From Tubulanus polymorphus (Eukaryota > Animalia > Nemertea): DNA of 64,000 bases. Below are positions 24,438-38,900 of this stretch, one piece after another. The stretch is from positions 2,108,001 through 2,172,000 of the forward strand of contig NC_134036.1 in the NCBI RefSeq assembly GCF_964204645.1, given 5' to 3'. Below the pieces are notes generated by a model that made no database searches, was not told where the DNA came from, and saw only the letters and a program-made list of their open reading frames with translations. The translations under genes were made by a program, and so were the position numbers. The stretch's first letter is position 1. Each line of letters starts with the position of its first letter.

Positions 24438-27400
24438 CTGTCAGCAGTGTCGTACAGTGTACTCAGAGCACCAGCAGCAGCCGCGATAAAACATTAAACC
24501 GTTTAGTCAGTCGTGTTAATTTATCGATTCGACCAAACGATGCTTGATACTCCTCGCCTGTGTTAAACGCGCCGTATAATTTAACCATAATGAATCCGAC
24601 TTGAAAAGATTGTTGTTCATGACAGAGAAAAACGACACTACTCACTCTCTCTCTCACTCTCTCACTATGAGCTCCTCGATGTTAGCAAGTCCATTCATCA
24701 GTAACAGATCTACTAACGATGCTGTGTTCTAGTTCATGTAAATGATACTGATAATCAAATAATCAGATGAGTCGACACCAGATAAGTCGACATCAGAAAA
24801 GTCCAATTAATCAAAACATCATTGGTTACATTATATTGAATTTGTCTCTATTTTGAGTATTAATTTATATTTTGCTTTCAAACTTGCTAATGACGTACCG
24901 GTAAGTCGCCATTTCGTTATAAGTCATCAACAAACTATCCAACACAACTACGACGACTTGATGGAGGTTGATTGTTTCTAGAATCAGTGCTGCTAAACTC
25001 TCTTCTCTCCATCCATTCGCTTTACTGCATTATAATTACGAATTTTTGAGTCCCAATTTATGAGTGCAATTTAATTTACTAAAAAATCGCGTAAGTCGTA
25101 ATTTGGATGAAGAGCAACATAATAATCACGAGCATGGTCCGAACAATGACTAATTAAACTGCTAGTTTTATTGTAGTCTTATGTTATGAAGATGCCATTT
25201 TCAGCCATAAGATTACATCGATGGCAAGATGAGTCGAGTCGAGTGAATGAAGGAGATGAACATGATCGAGAGATTTGTGCCGATGTGGTTACTGGTGCGG
25301 ATGCCGGTTGGGCGAGAGCAAATTCGAAAAGGAAATGAATATGGGGAAAACAGGACAGAATCGAAGAGCTGGTTGTTGGGAGTAGCATCAGCGAGCAAGA
25401 AAATGAGGAGAAAAAAAGGATAAAGCGTGGTGGGCAAGGAAATGAAGATAAGAGGGGAAAAAGGGGATGCTTGAAGTTGCAGCGACATCAGCGAGGTATG
25501 GTGAGGTGACAAGATGAGAAAAGGGAAATTTCATAATTGAACTTGCGGCAGCAGCATCAGAGGGGATGGTGTGGTGAGCAGGGTGACAAGAAAAAGAGAA
25601 ATCTTAAAATTGAAGTTGCATCATCAGTAGTGATGGATGATAGACACAAGATGGTTAGCTGATGTGTTTGATGGTCCATGGTAGTATAGGCGACGCGAGT
25701 TAAGTAAATGAGGAGACATGTGCTATTGTAAGATTTTGGTGCGAAAGCTGGAAGTTACATCAGTATTAGTAGCGATGGAGAGAATAAGAAGAACAAGATG
25801 AATGATGATGGGTTAGCAGGTGAGGGATGGTTTGGACAGGGAGTGAAGGTAGTTTACCACCAGTGTGGCAGGTGGTTAAATGAGGTTGCAGTCGGCATAT
25901 TTCCCGAATCTAGATAATGATAGCCATCTACAGGTAGGCGGGACAAGGTAAACGCACTCGATAAGACGGTGAAATTGAGGAGGGTGTCATTACTGTAGTG
26001 GACAGCTAGATTGAGACATAACGCCTCGCGGGATAATAGTCCTCGAAGATTGAGTTTCTTCTCTTCGAGCGAGAAAAGGGAATTTGACGTCTTGTGTCAC
26101 TGGTCGCACAATTTACAACAACTAACAACAATCTGTAAGCGTGAGAGGAAAGAGAATACACGTTCGGGGCTGTAAAACGAACAGTGATATTTCCTCTAAT
26201 ACTCGAGAGGTTATTTATCCAGTTGGCGAAAGATAAAAGGCATAAAAACTACTCGAAGGTGAAGGTATTATTTCGTGTAATGCTATTCGCCATTCAGCCA
26301 TCGCTCCCAGGACATTCGTTGCCATTTCCTTCGCATACCCCTCTCCATATCCTTCCTTCTATATTCATTTCCTTCATTACTCCACTCCTTATTTCACTTC
26401 CTTTAAAGCCCTTCTACTTCCAGCATGTGAATCCTTATAACGAATGATGATTTTTACATAGCCCATACGCATACTTGTGCCCATACGCAACCCTAACTAC
26501 CCTAATAATAATACAAGCGCGTATCACATTTACTAATACATCGTTACCCTGCGTTAACCCTGCCATCTCCCTCCACATGGGCACGTAGGACAACAAACAC
26601 GTAGTTTGCCTCATCTTTAAGATTCCCAAATACTACAATAGCTCTGCATTCTTGTCCTAACACACGGAATAGAAGATGACAAGCCAACAGTTCACATCAC
26701 AACGAGATTTATGTATCAGCATTCTTTTCCCAACATTATCTAGTTACCCAATATCTTACTACATAATGGATCTGCATTCTTGCTCCAATACTTGGGATAG
26801 AAGATGACTGATCGCAGTGAGACAGTGGCTCAGCATAATGGCCCCAACACCTTTGAGCATTGAGGTCCCTCACTAGGCAATTATTCTCGATAAATCTTTC
26901 ACTAGCCCACGGATCGCCCTCGATTTAGAAACAGGCAATCGCATGTCCAACAGTTTACAGTTTCACACCTAGATGATGTTTCGGCATAATTTTCGCAACA
27001 CCTTTAAGTTTTCATATATCTTACAATGCAAATTTTCAATAAATCCTCCTGACTCAGATCCCAGATATGGGAACAGAAGATGACAAGCCAACAGTTATCA
27101 TCACAGTAAGACATAACTTTCGAAACACCTTTAAGTTTTAAGTTTTCGAAGCCCATTACTATGCAACTATTCTTAAACCTTCATCACCGGCTCTTGAGAC
27201 CTCCCTTCACACAGGAGATGACAAGCTCGCCATTTGCATGACAGTAAGATAAATGGCGGCTATCTTTACATACACACAGAGTATCGGTTCAGTTATATTT
27301 ACTAATCACCCGTCCCTTACTGATTGGTCTATTAAACGTCACTCCATCAAATATATCTTTAACCACGAGTCATTAATGACAATTCATCACCCTGGAGGGT

Positions 27401-30193
27401 TGTTTATACGCGCGGTATAAAGCCTTCTTTCAACGTCGAACGCTGAAGCTATCGACCCTTACCCTCCTCCTTGATATAGCCACACTTACGCGAGTTAGAC
27501 GGGTCCTCGGAGAGAATGAAATGTAACCGCATTATCGTCGCAAGTCAAGTTGACTTTGTGTTCCAACAAACAAACACCAGTGGCGACCACGGTCATTTCA
27601 TATAATGATGTAATAAAGCGGATAGTCTTCGGCTTAGACTCCAATGAGCGTTTAAATTACAGTAATGGCCTCGATAAGAAGACGATGTACTAAGAGTTCC
27701 AAGTACGTTGAATGCGAAATAACTGATTCATTGACAATTAGAAATGAATTGTCATAATCTCATTTATCCTGCTGATTACCTTGGTGTTTAAGCTTTCCTT
27801 AAACAAAGTCATCCATATTTTGTCAGTTGAACTTCATGCGAATTGGGTTTTTATCTAATTGCTTCGTAACAAAATATGGGCCATCAATCTAAATAGCGCT
27901 GTGCAACTGGCTAAAAATCTGCCAAATAAAAAGAACGGCCTAATTGACACAAGGCTTAGACTAAAAATACAAATTGAGATCTCTTTTATGAAGTTGTAAG
28001 CCCCAGAAAACCCGTCCATAATCCATCATCAGCAATCTTGACAAAGATTACGATTCAACAATGCGCGTCGATAATGTTTGAATATAAGTCGCCATGGTTA
28101 AAATATTGAGTGAGAGTATAAACACGTCTGCGTGCTTAAAAGCCCGTCCCTTATCTATCATTACCGAAGTTGCCAAAGGTTGGGCTTCAACAATGCCTTT
28201 CGTTAATGTTTGAATATTTGTCGCTATGGTAAAACACCGTGGGAGGGTTGTATAAGGAACGTCTGCGAACTGAACAAAAAATGAGCGGTCGAATTCGTCT
28301 TGATAAATCCAACCATCTATAACTAACCGAATCTAGTCGTCTGCGCGAATTTGAATAAAGTGATTTGACGGTCTCAACGGAGCACGATACAGGAAATCTA
28401 AATGATTGAGAGTGCGGAGAGAGTGAGAGAGAGAGTGAAAGGGAGAGGAGAGAGAGGAGTTGTAGCTAGTGCTGGTGTTGGAAGTGTCACGCTTCTCTTG
28501 AGACTATACTACGCGAGACATAAACGAATAAATTCATTCGCTACGTTACGGAAGTGCGAATCACTTTTCTAATACGACGTTTGTATTTGAGTTGTAAGTT
28601 GTAAGTTGTCGTTCGTTATTCGAGTTCCGACGTTAATTCACAAGAAATGATGCAAGTTCACAAATTTTGTAATTTAAATGTCAAATCGAAGTAGCATCGA
28701 ATCCGGAAGTGTACCAAACCCGGAAGTAAATATTCCTAAAGTTCAATGTAAAAAAGTTTTGTTTTAGATCATCGTCAATGAGAAAAAAACTTCAAAACTT
28801 CAAAACTTCAAACCGTATATCAACATAATCAAGTTAAATGCCGAAAAAAGGTTTAACCAATCCAAACCTGGAAGTTAGATGAAACCGGAAGTGAAAATGA
28901 CAATTACTTTCTTCTGACAGCGAAAAAAAATGATTAAAAAGTCTCTTCGTATCAAACCCGGAAGTAGAAACGAATTCAGACTGCTCCAATAAACTACATC
29001 ACTAATCTAATAGAGATTTCCGATATTTAAGTGTGAGATTGAATTTACTTTTTTGACCAAATCTTATTAACGTCTGGTCGTCTGCTATTGATACGAAATC
29101 TAATTCAGCTGATGGAAATGTGGTGAAGTAGAAAGGATGGGAAAGGAGGACAGGCAGGGAAAGGAGGACAGGCAGGGAAAGGAGGTAAGACAGGGGAAGG
29201 AGGAAAACAGGGAAAGGATGATAGTTAGTTTTGAAAAAAAAAACTCTGCAAATGTCAACGGATTTTTTGCTGTCGTCTGCTCAGAAACGGTATCGATCAG
29301 TCAAGAGGAGGATGGAGAGAGAGAGAGGATCTTCCTGACTTTTATCAGTTTCAGACAGCTGTAGTGTCGACCACACGACCCACGAGTGTCGCGTGAATCA
29401 AATCAGTCTATTCAACACCGAAATTTGTTTTTACACATCGCCGAACACAAGTCGATGAGGCGTGGTTGAGAGCGAGAGGGGAGATAGAGTGGAAAGGCAG
29501 AGAGGGGAGAGGAGTGAGTGGGAGTGAAAATCGGAGCAAAAATTCGATTTCAGATCGAGCATGTCTTATAGATGTATCTGTTTTGGATTCTGGGTAATTG
29601 GAGATGTGATGATGGCTCTGAATCAGATGACATTTTGGATGGCTGCACGAAAATAGTCCAGGCCCAGCTCAGATTCCTTAGCATGAACATCAAATATTTA
29701 GGCCTAGGACTAATTTAGTCCCAGGTGATTTTTTATAAGACGGATAAATGAAAAGAGTTGAAATCCGATATAGCCGATTACTAGACCAACTAAATCGATA
29801 CTGGTTTCTGATTGGCTGACGATATTTAGCGATCGTCTGCTCTATCCGTTGTCACTGTAGGTACATCGTATTTACCCGTCCACATCCGGGACATCAACGC
29901 AATAACCGGCAATCTACAGCGATCGATCACGTGACATCCGGCGAGACGGCGCATCAATCAATGCTAACTTCCGGTCCCCTACGGGGGCGACACGTACCGC
30001 GAATTAGAACGGTATTTGTTTACCCCGAAACCTAAACACTCACATTCACAGCGATCGAGAAGTTTTATTGTCTTTGACATGGACGTTTTAGATGAAACAG
30101 TTTGATATGCTGGATATTGAAATCTGAAGACTTGGCCTTGCGCCGCTCTACCCTGGACCCCAGTATCCGTGCTGCATTCTTCTAATTGGTGAA

Positions 30194-30730
30194 CGTCCAC
30201 ACTTCACATATTGTGTTCAGTGCTTCACCTGAGACATTTCAAATTGAAAATGAACTACAAACACCAGATATTAGACATTTTATCAGCACACTTTCAAAAA
30301 CTGATCGTCCACACTTCACATGTGTTCAGTGCTTCATCTGAGACATTTCTAATTGAAAATGAACTACAAACACCAGATATTAGATATCTTATCAGCTCGC
30401 TTTGAAAAACTGATCGTCCACACTTCACATGTGTTCAGTGCTTCATCTGAGACATTTCTAATTGAAAATGAACTACAAACACCAGACATTAGATATTTCA
30501 TCAGTACACTTTCAAAAACTGATCGTCCACACTTCACATGTGTTCAGTGCTTCACCTGAGACATTTCAAATTGAAAATGAACTACAAACACCAGACATTA
30601 GACATTTTATCAGAACACTTTCAAAAACTGATCGTCCACACTTCACATGTGTTCAGTGCTTCACCTGTGACATTTTTAATTGAAAATGAACTACAAACAC
30701 CAGATATCAGCACACTTTCAAAAACTGATC
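30194..30730. repeat. 109-bp tandem repeat, about 5 copies
   Basis: CGTCCACACTTCACA recurs at 30194, 30306, 30415, 30524 and 30633. The last unit is internally deleted. Confidence 0.95.
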
Positions 30731-31174
30731 CTGTAGGTTCAATCCGCTATCAAATGCCTAAGATTTCAACGTAATTGCAACGCGAAATGATTACGTAGCA
30801 CTTAAATGTCTAGCAAAAAAATGCACAACGTTTGAAAACGCTATAGAATTTCATACGAACAATCGTTACCGTTAGAATTTAAACATCTGTTGCCATAGAG
30901 AATACAATGTAGTCGGTATTCATTGTTTATTGTAAATCTTCTTTAACTGACATTAATTTCGATCGAAACAAAACCGCCGAGCAGACGATCTGAAATATTC
31001 CCGACGATAAAAATCTAATAAACAAAGTTGCACACCTGTGACAGACGATATTGCAGGGTTATCTTGCAATAGATTGTTGTCGGTAAAAAAAAATTGCGAC
31101 GAAACAAAACGTTTAACACAATCCAACGAGCTTTAGAGTGATCTAAAATGTGCTAAGTTTTTAGATCACAACTA

Positions 31175-31815
31175 CAATGAGCTTAGACTGGTCTTAAGTT
31201 GTTAGATTGGCTATAGAACCAAAATGAGCTTAGACCAGTCTTAAGTTGTTAGATTGGTTATAGAACCAAAATGAGCTTAGACTGGTCTTAAGTTGTTAGA
31301 TTGATTATAGAACCAAAATGAGCTTAGACTGGTCTTAAGTTGTTAGATTGATTATAGAACCAAAATGAGCTTAGACTGGGCTTAAATTGTTAGATTGGTT
31401 GTAGAACCAAAATGAGCTTAGACTGGTCTTAAGTTGTTAGATTGGCTATAGAACCAAAATGAGCTTAGACCAGTCTTAAGTTGTTAGATTGGTTATAGAA
31501 CCAAAATGAGCTTAGACTGGTCTTAAGTTGTTAGATTGATTATAGAACCAAAATGAGCTTAGACTGGGCTTAAATTGTTAGATTGGTTGTAGAACCAAAA
31601 TGAGCTTAGACTGGTCTTAAGTTGTTAGATTGATTATAGAACCAAAATGAGCTTAGACTGGGCTTAAATTGTTAGATTGGTTGTAGAACCAAAATGAGCT
31701 TAGACTGGTCTTAAAGTTGTTAGATTGGTTATAGAACCAAAACTTAGACTTAAGCTGTTAAATTAGTTATAGTACTAACTAGGTTGGTCTTAAGCTGTTA
31801 GATTGGCTATAAAAC
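31175..31815. repeat. 47-bp tandem satellite (about 12 good units plus a degenerate tail), MITE-A related
   Basis: Unit AAAATGAGCTTAGACTGGTCTTAAGTTGTTAGATTGGTTATAGAACC; period 47 (31221, 31268, ...). Confidence 0.95.
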
Positions 31816-34800
31816 TGTGGGTCTTAGATCTGCAACCCAACTCCAGACTTTGGAATATTTCCCAGAATAGTTGGACTCCTAAGAATGCGGCAGAAATGAA
31901 GTGATATACCCACTCCATCCCCTCCCCGGGTCTACAAAAATAATCATCTCAGACGAGTTTATAATTATCCGCAATCCAATCTCCGCGTCTATCATCGGCG
32001 CGTCAACTTTTTTTTTACAACGTATTCAACGCTTCAACGTCATCCACCGGAAGTTAGCTGTCGTTATACGTTAACGCTACATCGGTATTTATCACCGCAA
32101 CACGAACGCGTCGAAGCGTTTTTACGTTATCAACGTTACGTCGACGTAAAGCGACGCGAAATGAAAATTATCCAGCGGCAACAACGTCAACGCCGAACGC
32201 AGACTTCTACGTTTCTCTTCCGGAAATGTTCGACAATGAACAACAATGCCGGCAGTTTTTTTTCAATAATAGAAAACCTCGAGCGCAACAATCGAGTAAA
32301 CGTTTCGACGTCTGATGATGAAGTTATCATCCGTTAAAACGTTTCTTTTTTCCCGATTTCGTTAACGTCTAATTTAGGAAACGTTTTGACGTTAACGCAT
32401 GGCAACGTATACGGATTAGCGTTGACGCCACTTATCGTCGATTGGCGTTATTCGATATAAAAATGAAATAACGTCTTGGAATGATATTGATATATCGATA
32501 TCAATATCCGATATTTCAACAGCGCGTATTGAGAGCCGTTTTTTTTCGATTGCGCAAAATAGAAGTAATTTCAACGTACAATAGACAAGAGCGATACTCG
32601 ATAGAACGTCGTTGCGAGGAGACAGGAGAACAATGACTGGGTAGTGTTGCGGATAAGATCGGCGTGTTTTGCGGGGAATCGGGATGATGCGATCTTTTGA
32701 GTCAGTCTGCAATTTGAAGATGAAGATTTCGAAGATAAGACAGATGAAAGCATATCTTCTGCCGTTGCTGCTGCTGCTGCTGCGCTACTTGTTGATAGCC
32801 AGCGTTTTGAGATAATAATGAATATAAAGCCATATCCGTCTATTAGCGTTATCCAGTCGGCCGTCGATAAAATCAATTCGGATTTTTCTTTACTGAACCT
32901 ACTCCCCCCATATCCTCCCTCTCCGCCCCAATCTCCCCCACTCCTCTCAACTTTCATCCTCCCTCCCTCTTGCCTCCCATCTCCTCTCTATCTATCTCTC
33001 CCCTCTCAACCTTCAAAATACAACAGCGATTGTTGTACGTATATACGTAACGCTGTATCGTAAACTAAATATCAGTTTTTACGTTAACGCTGAAACGAAC
33101 GAACGAGTAAGTGGGTCCACTCGACGTCGACGTAAGCGTAAACGCGCATCCTCGCTGTAATTATCAATACGTCACTGTAGTATTCGATTACCAGTACTTA
33201 TAACGGTATACTCGTCCGCTTTCTCGCTCAATGATCGTTAACTTGGGCAAATATTTTTTCCCGATTTTCCAATCTAGTCAAGTATTAAAAACGATGTTTA
33301 TTAGAAAATCACGTTCGCCAGCTATTATCGGCATGTGTAACTATCGATCTCACATCATCCCCTTCCTGTTCCTCTCTCTCTCTCTGCTTTTGTCTTCCTC
33401 TCTCATTCTCTCTTCTCTTTCCTTTCCTCTTATCTTCAGCCTCCTCTATTCTCCCTCGCTCTCTCTTTCCTCTCCTGTCTCCTCCATCATCCTCTCCCCT
33501 CTTCTCTTCCGCCTCCTCTATTCTCTTATCACTTCCGCCTCCTCTCTCACTCTTCTGATAATTACTCTACCCTTTTCTCCAAACATTATCCGTTGTACAC
33601 ACGTATATTATAACCGTCGAGCTATGAGACATAATTTATCTAAGAAACTATTTTTAACATTCAGTTTCAACTAAAATGAAAAGTCAACAGTCGTTCCTTT
33701 AAAATCCCTCAACCCCAACGCTTTCGCGAAAAAACCCAACAATCTCCTTCATCAGAAATCAGAAAGGCCCCAACTTCAAATATTTTGTTCTCCCACGCTT
33801 CTAAAAGAAAACATCGATGGCCTTGAAAATACTTCAAACTTTTCCATTTTCGACAAAATTCAACGTCGAAAGTAATTATTACTTCGAAAAAAAATTTAAT
33901 TACGTTATCTCGCCTTTTTGATTCTGACGTTGACGTCACACGACGTATTTTACGGTCGACGGCGTTCGCGACGTTACCGCTGCCGCCGACGTCGTTAACG
34001 TAAAATCGACTCTAACGCTGTTCATCTTACGCTTCGACGGACGACAAATTGAAATCACGTTCCGGCGTTGATAATTACGTCGAACAGCGTTTTTACGTTA
34101 ACGGCAACAGTGTATTTTTACGCTACGTTGATTCGCGTCGTACGCTGAGAGTTTTGACTTCCGATAAGCGTTGTATTTTTCAGGAGAACACGTTTTACCG
34201 AAGTGGTTTTCATCTCGACGAAGAACCTTCAAGCGAACCCCTTTAAATCGAAAATACTTATTTACGTTAACGGAAAATGGTCCGTCGGACTATCTGATCG
34301 CGGACTAGTCACCGAAATGGTCCATGATTTGAGCAACGGCCTTTTACACCTGAGACACACATAATTCAACCTATTGAAACACTTTTGCATTCATTTTTAT
34401 AACATTCCATATCTTATATCTGTCACTTCAATAACTTGTGCATTATCCTAAAGATCCTAAGAAATCTAAATTTTTCTCTGATATTGCTGGAAACAAGACT
34501 TGTCTCCAGCACAGCTAACTGAACCAAAAATTTCAGATTCAAAAATAATTTTTCGCGAAGCAAATGTAAGTAATTTCTTTTTCTATAAATAAAGCTTTCC
34601 ATAAAATATTACTGCATTAGTCAACAGAACCAGAAAATTCGAGATTAAATTTTCGATGGAACTGGGTTCCTTCTTCGTGAACATCCAAATGATTATCTTT
34701 CAGAATCGGAAGAAGCCTTCATTAAGCCATGACGACTATTTGTTTAAAGCCACAAGAAGATCCCGACGGTGATATTTACGTTTGATATTTACACTTAAAC

Positions 34801-35149
34801 GAAAACATTTCGAGATCACAGTCGAAATGGAGTCCAAACAGACCCAACACCAAATTAAACCAATATTTAAACAGACAGATAGGCATATAATTATGAAGCC
34901 ATGTATGTACTATTGAATTAGGAACACACTATATCGACGTGCCGATGTTTTAAAGCGAAAATCCTTGAACAAAATTTTTGAAAATATTTTCGAAAAATTT
35001 ATTGAAAATGTAACGATAAAACTCGATGTTTTTCAATAATTTCACCGAAAATATTTATCAGATTTTATTCCGAGGATTTCTAAATTTCGATATTGGCAAA
35101 TTAATCTCAGGTAGAATTTTGAAATCGAGCAAGTCGCTCAAAACTCCAA

Positions 35150-35246
35150 GGGCCGGTTGTAAAGACTGGTATTATCTTTAACTCAATTGATAATGAATTG
35201 AGTTAGCCCCGGGGTTAAAGGTAATACTAGTCTATAAAACCGGGCC
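35150..35246. mobile_element. Fold-back MITE family C, copy with internal deletion
   Basis: GGGCCGGTTGTAAAGACTGGTATTATCTTTAAC...GTTAAAGGTAATACTAGTCTATAAAACCGGGCC with CAA on both sides. Matches 46289-46397. Confidence 0.75.
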
Positions 35247-35863
35247 CAACGCTATAACAATTGAAAATGCATTTTAACCATGGTATTTGTCCAACAATCA
35301 ACCTTTTGAACAACGTTATCCCTAGGAATAACTTCTACTTTAATACAAGGTCTTTCGATCCGCGCCCAATTAGAAAGATGTCTGGTCTCATGTTTAGCCT
35401 AAGAACTAAAAGCCTATATTGACTTTTAAACCTAGACACTACAGAGGTTGACATTCGACCAAAGCACATTCGGACTAAGTAATGCCATCCATCCTTTAAT
35501 CTCTGTTTACAAACATTATGATTTTAAATAGGGTAATTTACACCCATAACTCCTACTCGGGATGAAAGGACCGATTGCCTTTATGGGTATCAAGTCGATT
35601 ACCGTCAAATAGGCGGATAATTGCGCGCGCATGATGTCCACACCGTTAGATCGTATACTGTTAATTATACCAGTTTTATGGATGGCAGATACTGTAGATG
35701 CTTAATACACAGTTATATAGAGCAGCCCGGTACACTTAGGCTGTGGAGAGAATGATGGCCGTAGCATTAAAACCACGATTAACTTCAAATATCTCACGGC
35801 ACTGTTCCGAGATTACCTATAGTTATAGAGATTGTCAGAACAACAATGGCACCGAGTATGACA

Positions 35864-35936
35864 GGGGAACTAGCTCAGATGGTAGAGCGCTCGCTTAGCA
35901 TGCGAGAGGTACCGGGATCGATGCCCGGGTTCTCCA
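35864..35936 (+). tRNA. tRNA-Ala (anticodon AGC), intact, intronless
   Basis: 73-nt cloverleaf. Acceptor GGGGAAC/GTTCTCC with the G3:U70 alanine identity pair and discriminator A; D arm GCTC/GAGC; anticodon stem CTCGC/GCGAG with loop TT-AGC-AT (35897-35899); T arm CCGGG-ATCGATG-CCCGG. No encoded CCA. T-runs (Pol III terminator) about 15-25 nt downstream. Confidence 0.97.
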
Positions 35937-38900
35937 TGAATTTATTTGTCATTTTGTTTTTTAACAAGACTAAAGGCTCGATGGGAGAAGGGGCGCGATA
36001 AGGGAACGGGGAGTCGATTGTGTAAAGTACCATTGATCGTTTTTAAGTCTCCACTAACACGAAGTCAACACAGCTGTCTATGAAACCAGTGATTACAATA
36101 GGAGGCTTCGATATTAGCTTCGCTGTTAAGCTTCGGTTCCATCTCGAGTATAAAGAAAATACTGAACCTAACTACTAACACGCTCTATTTAGTCGCGGTA
36201 TCCGTCTGCGGGCAAAGGGTGATTCGTGAGACATGTTAGAGAGAGGGGGAGAGAGAGAGGGAGAGGAGGGGGAGGGGGAAATATTTGGAAGCAGACAATG
36301 AAGGCAAGTCGATGAACCAGGGCCTTCACCCATAATCACAATTCCAGCAACAATTTTATTGCCCGTTTTCGCGCTATTTCAGCGCAACGGTTCTCATTGT
36401 TAACGGCTGCTACGGTACACGCCGTCGTTAGGCGTCGATAACAAACAATTATTATTATTACGCAATCAATTCCAAATCTCGGAGTAAAGCTAATAATAAT
36501 AATGATGATAATATACACCCGAGTTAAATATTAATCGCGTGAAAACATTTATTTTACTCGAGAGTAAATATTTAATAACCATTAACAGCGCGAGAAATGA
36601 CGAGATTTGAACGAGAGCGGATTACAGGGGTGATTGTCAATAGGTGCTCCTCGCTTTAGGAATCCAATTCCACAATTTTACGGTAAAGTTCCAGATCCAA
36701 AGTTTTTAGGGCGAAAAAATTAATTAATTAAAAAATACGATTATTTTTAAAATTTGGGTAACGATTTTATACTATTCAAATTCAATTGAAAATCCATCAC
36801 AAAAAGAAAATTAGATTTCAATTTAATCTTACCTCTAACCGAAATAAAAATGAATATAAGGTATATTTAGTTGAAAAAAATTCTAATTTTCTGAAACAAA
36901 ATGTTAAATTCAAACGATAAAACTATAATTCGATTTCACAGTCAAATCAACCTACAAAAATTCGAAGTATCAAAAAGAGACAATTCTCTGTCAGACAGAA
37001 ATATTGAATTTTAATTTTACGAAATAGATTTTTGCCTTTGTCGCTGAATTTGACAAAAACATAAAACAATTCCAAAGACAACTAGTCTTAATGGCGAGAC
37101 AAAGAGAAATCGTTTGTTTGTGAAATTCCAAATCGAGTAGGCAGAGACGACAATTCGCAAAACCGATTGAATTTGTCTTCAAGGCAAAAACAACAGTCGT
37201 CTGCTGTATCCGTTTTCTCATTGACGATATACACAATATTTTACGGGGTAATTTAGTTATCGATTTTCCAATCATTTTAAGACCGGTTTTATCAATATTG
37301 TTCTGTAATATACTAATAAAGAGACCTGTAGCGAAACTTCGAAATCAAACTCCGATAAACCCTGTGCTGAAAACATGGCTGCCACAATCGATCCACCTAT
37401 GACATCATCATCCATCAAATTGATATGGTGACATTGATACTTCCTGAAAAATATGGCTGCCTCCATTAACCTCCCTATACGACCACAGCATTATATTGAA
37501 ACTTCCAGTAAAGATGTCAGCCCCTATAGATCCACCTATGACATCATCAAATAGATGTAGTGATATAGGTCCTTCCTGATAAGATGGCCGCCCTGACAAA
37601 TCCACATATGACGTCATCAAATTTATGTGGTGATGATTCCAGAAAAAATACTGCATTGATAAATTCCCCTATGACGTCATAAAATTGTAGGATTCCGGCT
37701 CTGGTGCAGGTTGGGTAACGGTCCGCGGGAATTCCGTGCCGTTGGGAAACCCCCCTCCCCCTCTCTCTCACTCCCCCGACTAAATACACACTATAGACTG
37801 TTAGTAATCAAACATCGACATGTGATATGTAAATATATTTACTCATATCGTTAATTCGATAAACAGAATTTCGAGCTGTTGGTATTAGATAGCGAGTTGT
37901 ATGACGATGAAGGAGAGATAGGGCGATGGCAGACGAGAAGGCTTTTAATCCAGCCTACATAAGACATAAGACATAATTCGTTATTCAAAGAAAAAGAAAA
38001 AAAGAAAACGTTTGATGTAATTGATATGAGAAAAGGCAAGAGGGAGGGATGGGGGGGGGGCTGGGTGAGGGGGCAGGATGAAGAGGTGACTGAGACAGGG
38101 TGAGGGGGGTTTGGAGGGGAGTTGGGACATGTATGATACTTTTCTCCGATATAAATAAGTTCACAATTGATCAGCACTTTTTGAAGAACAAGCCTTCTAT
38201 GTATATGCATTATTCTCAATTCGCGTAAACATTAATTACAAAAAGAAACAATGAAAAAAAGTGTTTCACTTAAAAATACAAGAACAACAATAGACATCGT
38301 TAGCGCACAACAATAGACATCGTTATAGTTCTAGGCAACACGTTTTTTAACGTTTATAACGCATAAACAGTCGGCTTTTTAATCTACTGTCTGTTTTGAA
38401 CGCTGCTGAGTTGAAAGGCACCCCTGGCAGGTGGTATTGAGCCCACAAAAAGGCCGCCACACGCCACAGTTTAGCCTAGCTCCGGCACAACGGCTGCTAA
38501 AGTACCAGCAGCAACGGTACCGGTAGTAGCGGCCTCATCACGGCATCTGCGTTAAAGACAGGCCAGAAAACAGATGAGTTTTTAACGATGCGGGTATATA
38601 TGAACTGTCTGCGTGTGTACTGCAGGAGAGAGTGAGGGTAAGATAAAACGGCGGCAGTTTTTCCGTTTTTTCTTTCCTGAACCGCGATCGAGATTCTGTT
38701 CCGCGTTGAAAACGAACACACGTAACAGCGTAAACAACATTTCCAACAATGCTGAACGTTTTTCACACTTTGAAAGCCTTTTATTTTGAAACGTCGTAGT
38801 AACAGAGTTAAATGGATTTAAATTCGTGATGTTTTAGTTTAGCTACCCTTCTCCACCCTTCTCCGCTAGTTCTTTAAAGATATGAGCTAGGACACCTTAA

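Noticed and set aside
24033-24497. 154-aa ORF with 26-aa repeats
   Set aside because: It is simply the 78-bp tandem repeat (a multiple of 3) read through, and the unit belongs to a dispersed non-coding family.
30194-30774. Overlapping ORFs with a zinc-finger-like PHFTCVQCF
   Set aside because: The 109-bp unit shifts frame each copy and contains stops; there is no C2H2 His pair.
31175-31815. CRISPR-like regular repeats (also 20445-20820, 6274-6579, 58388-58750)
   Set aside because: These are head-to-tail tandem units, or degenerate motifs, without identical repeats and unique spacers; the context is eukaryotic and there are no cas genes.
32571-33063. Protein-looking ORFs on both strands (poly-Ala, acidic, Pro-rich)
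   Set aside because: Composition is driven by GCT and CT microsatellites; no recognisable domain or convincing splice pair. A UTR exon cannot be excluded.
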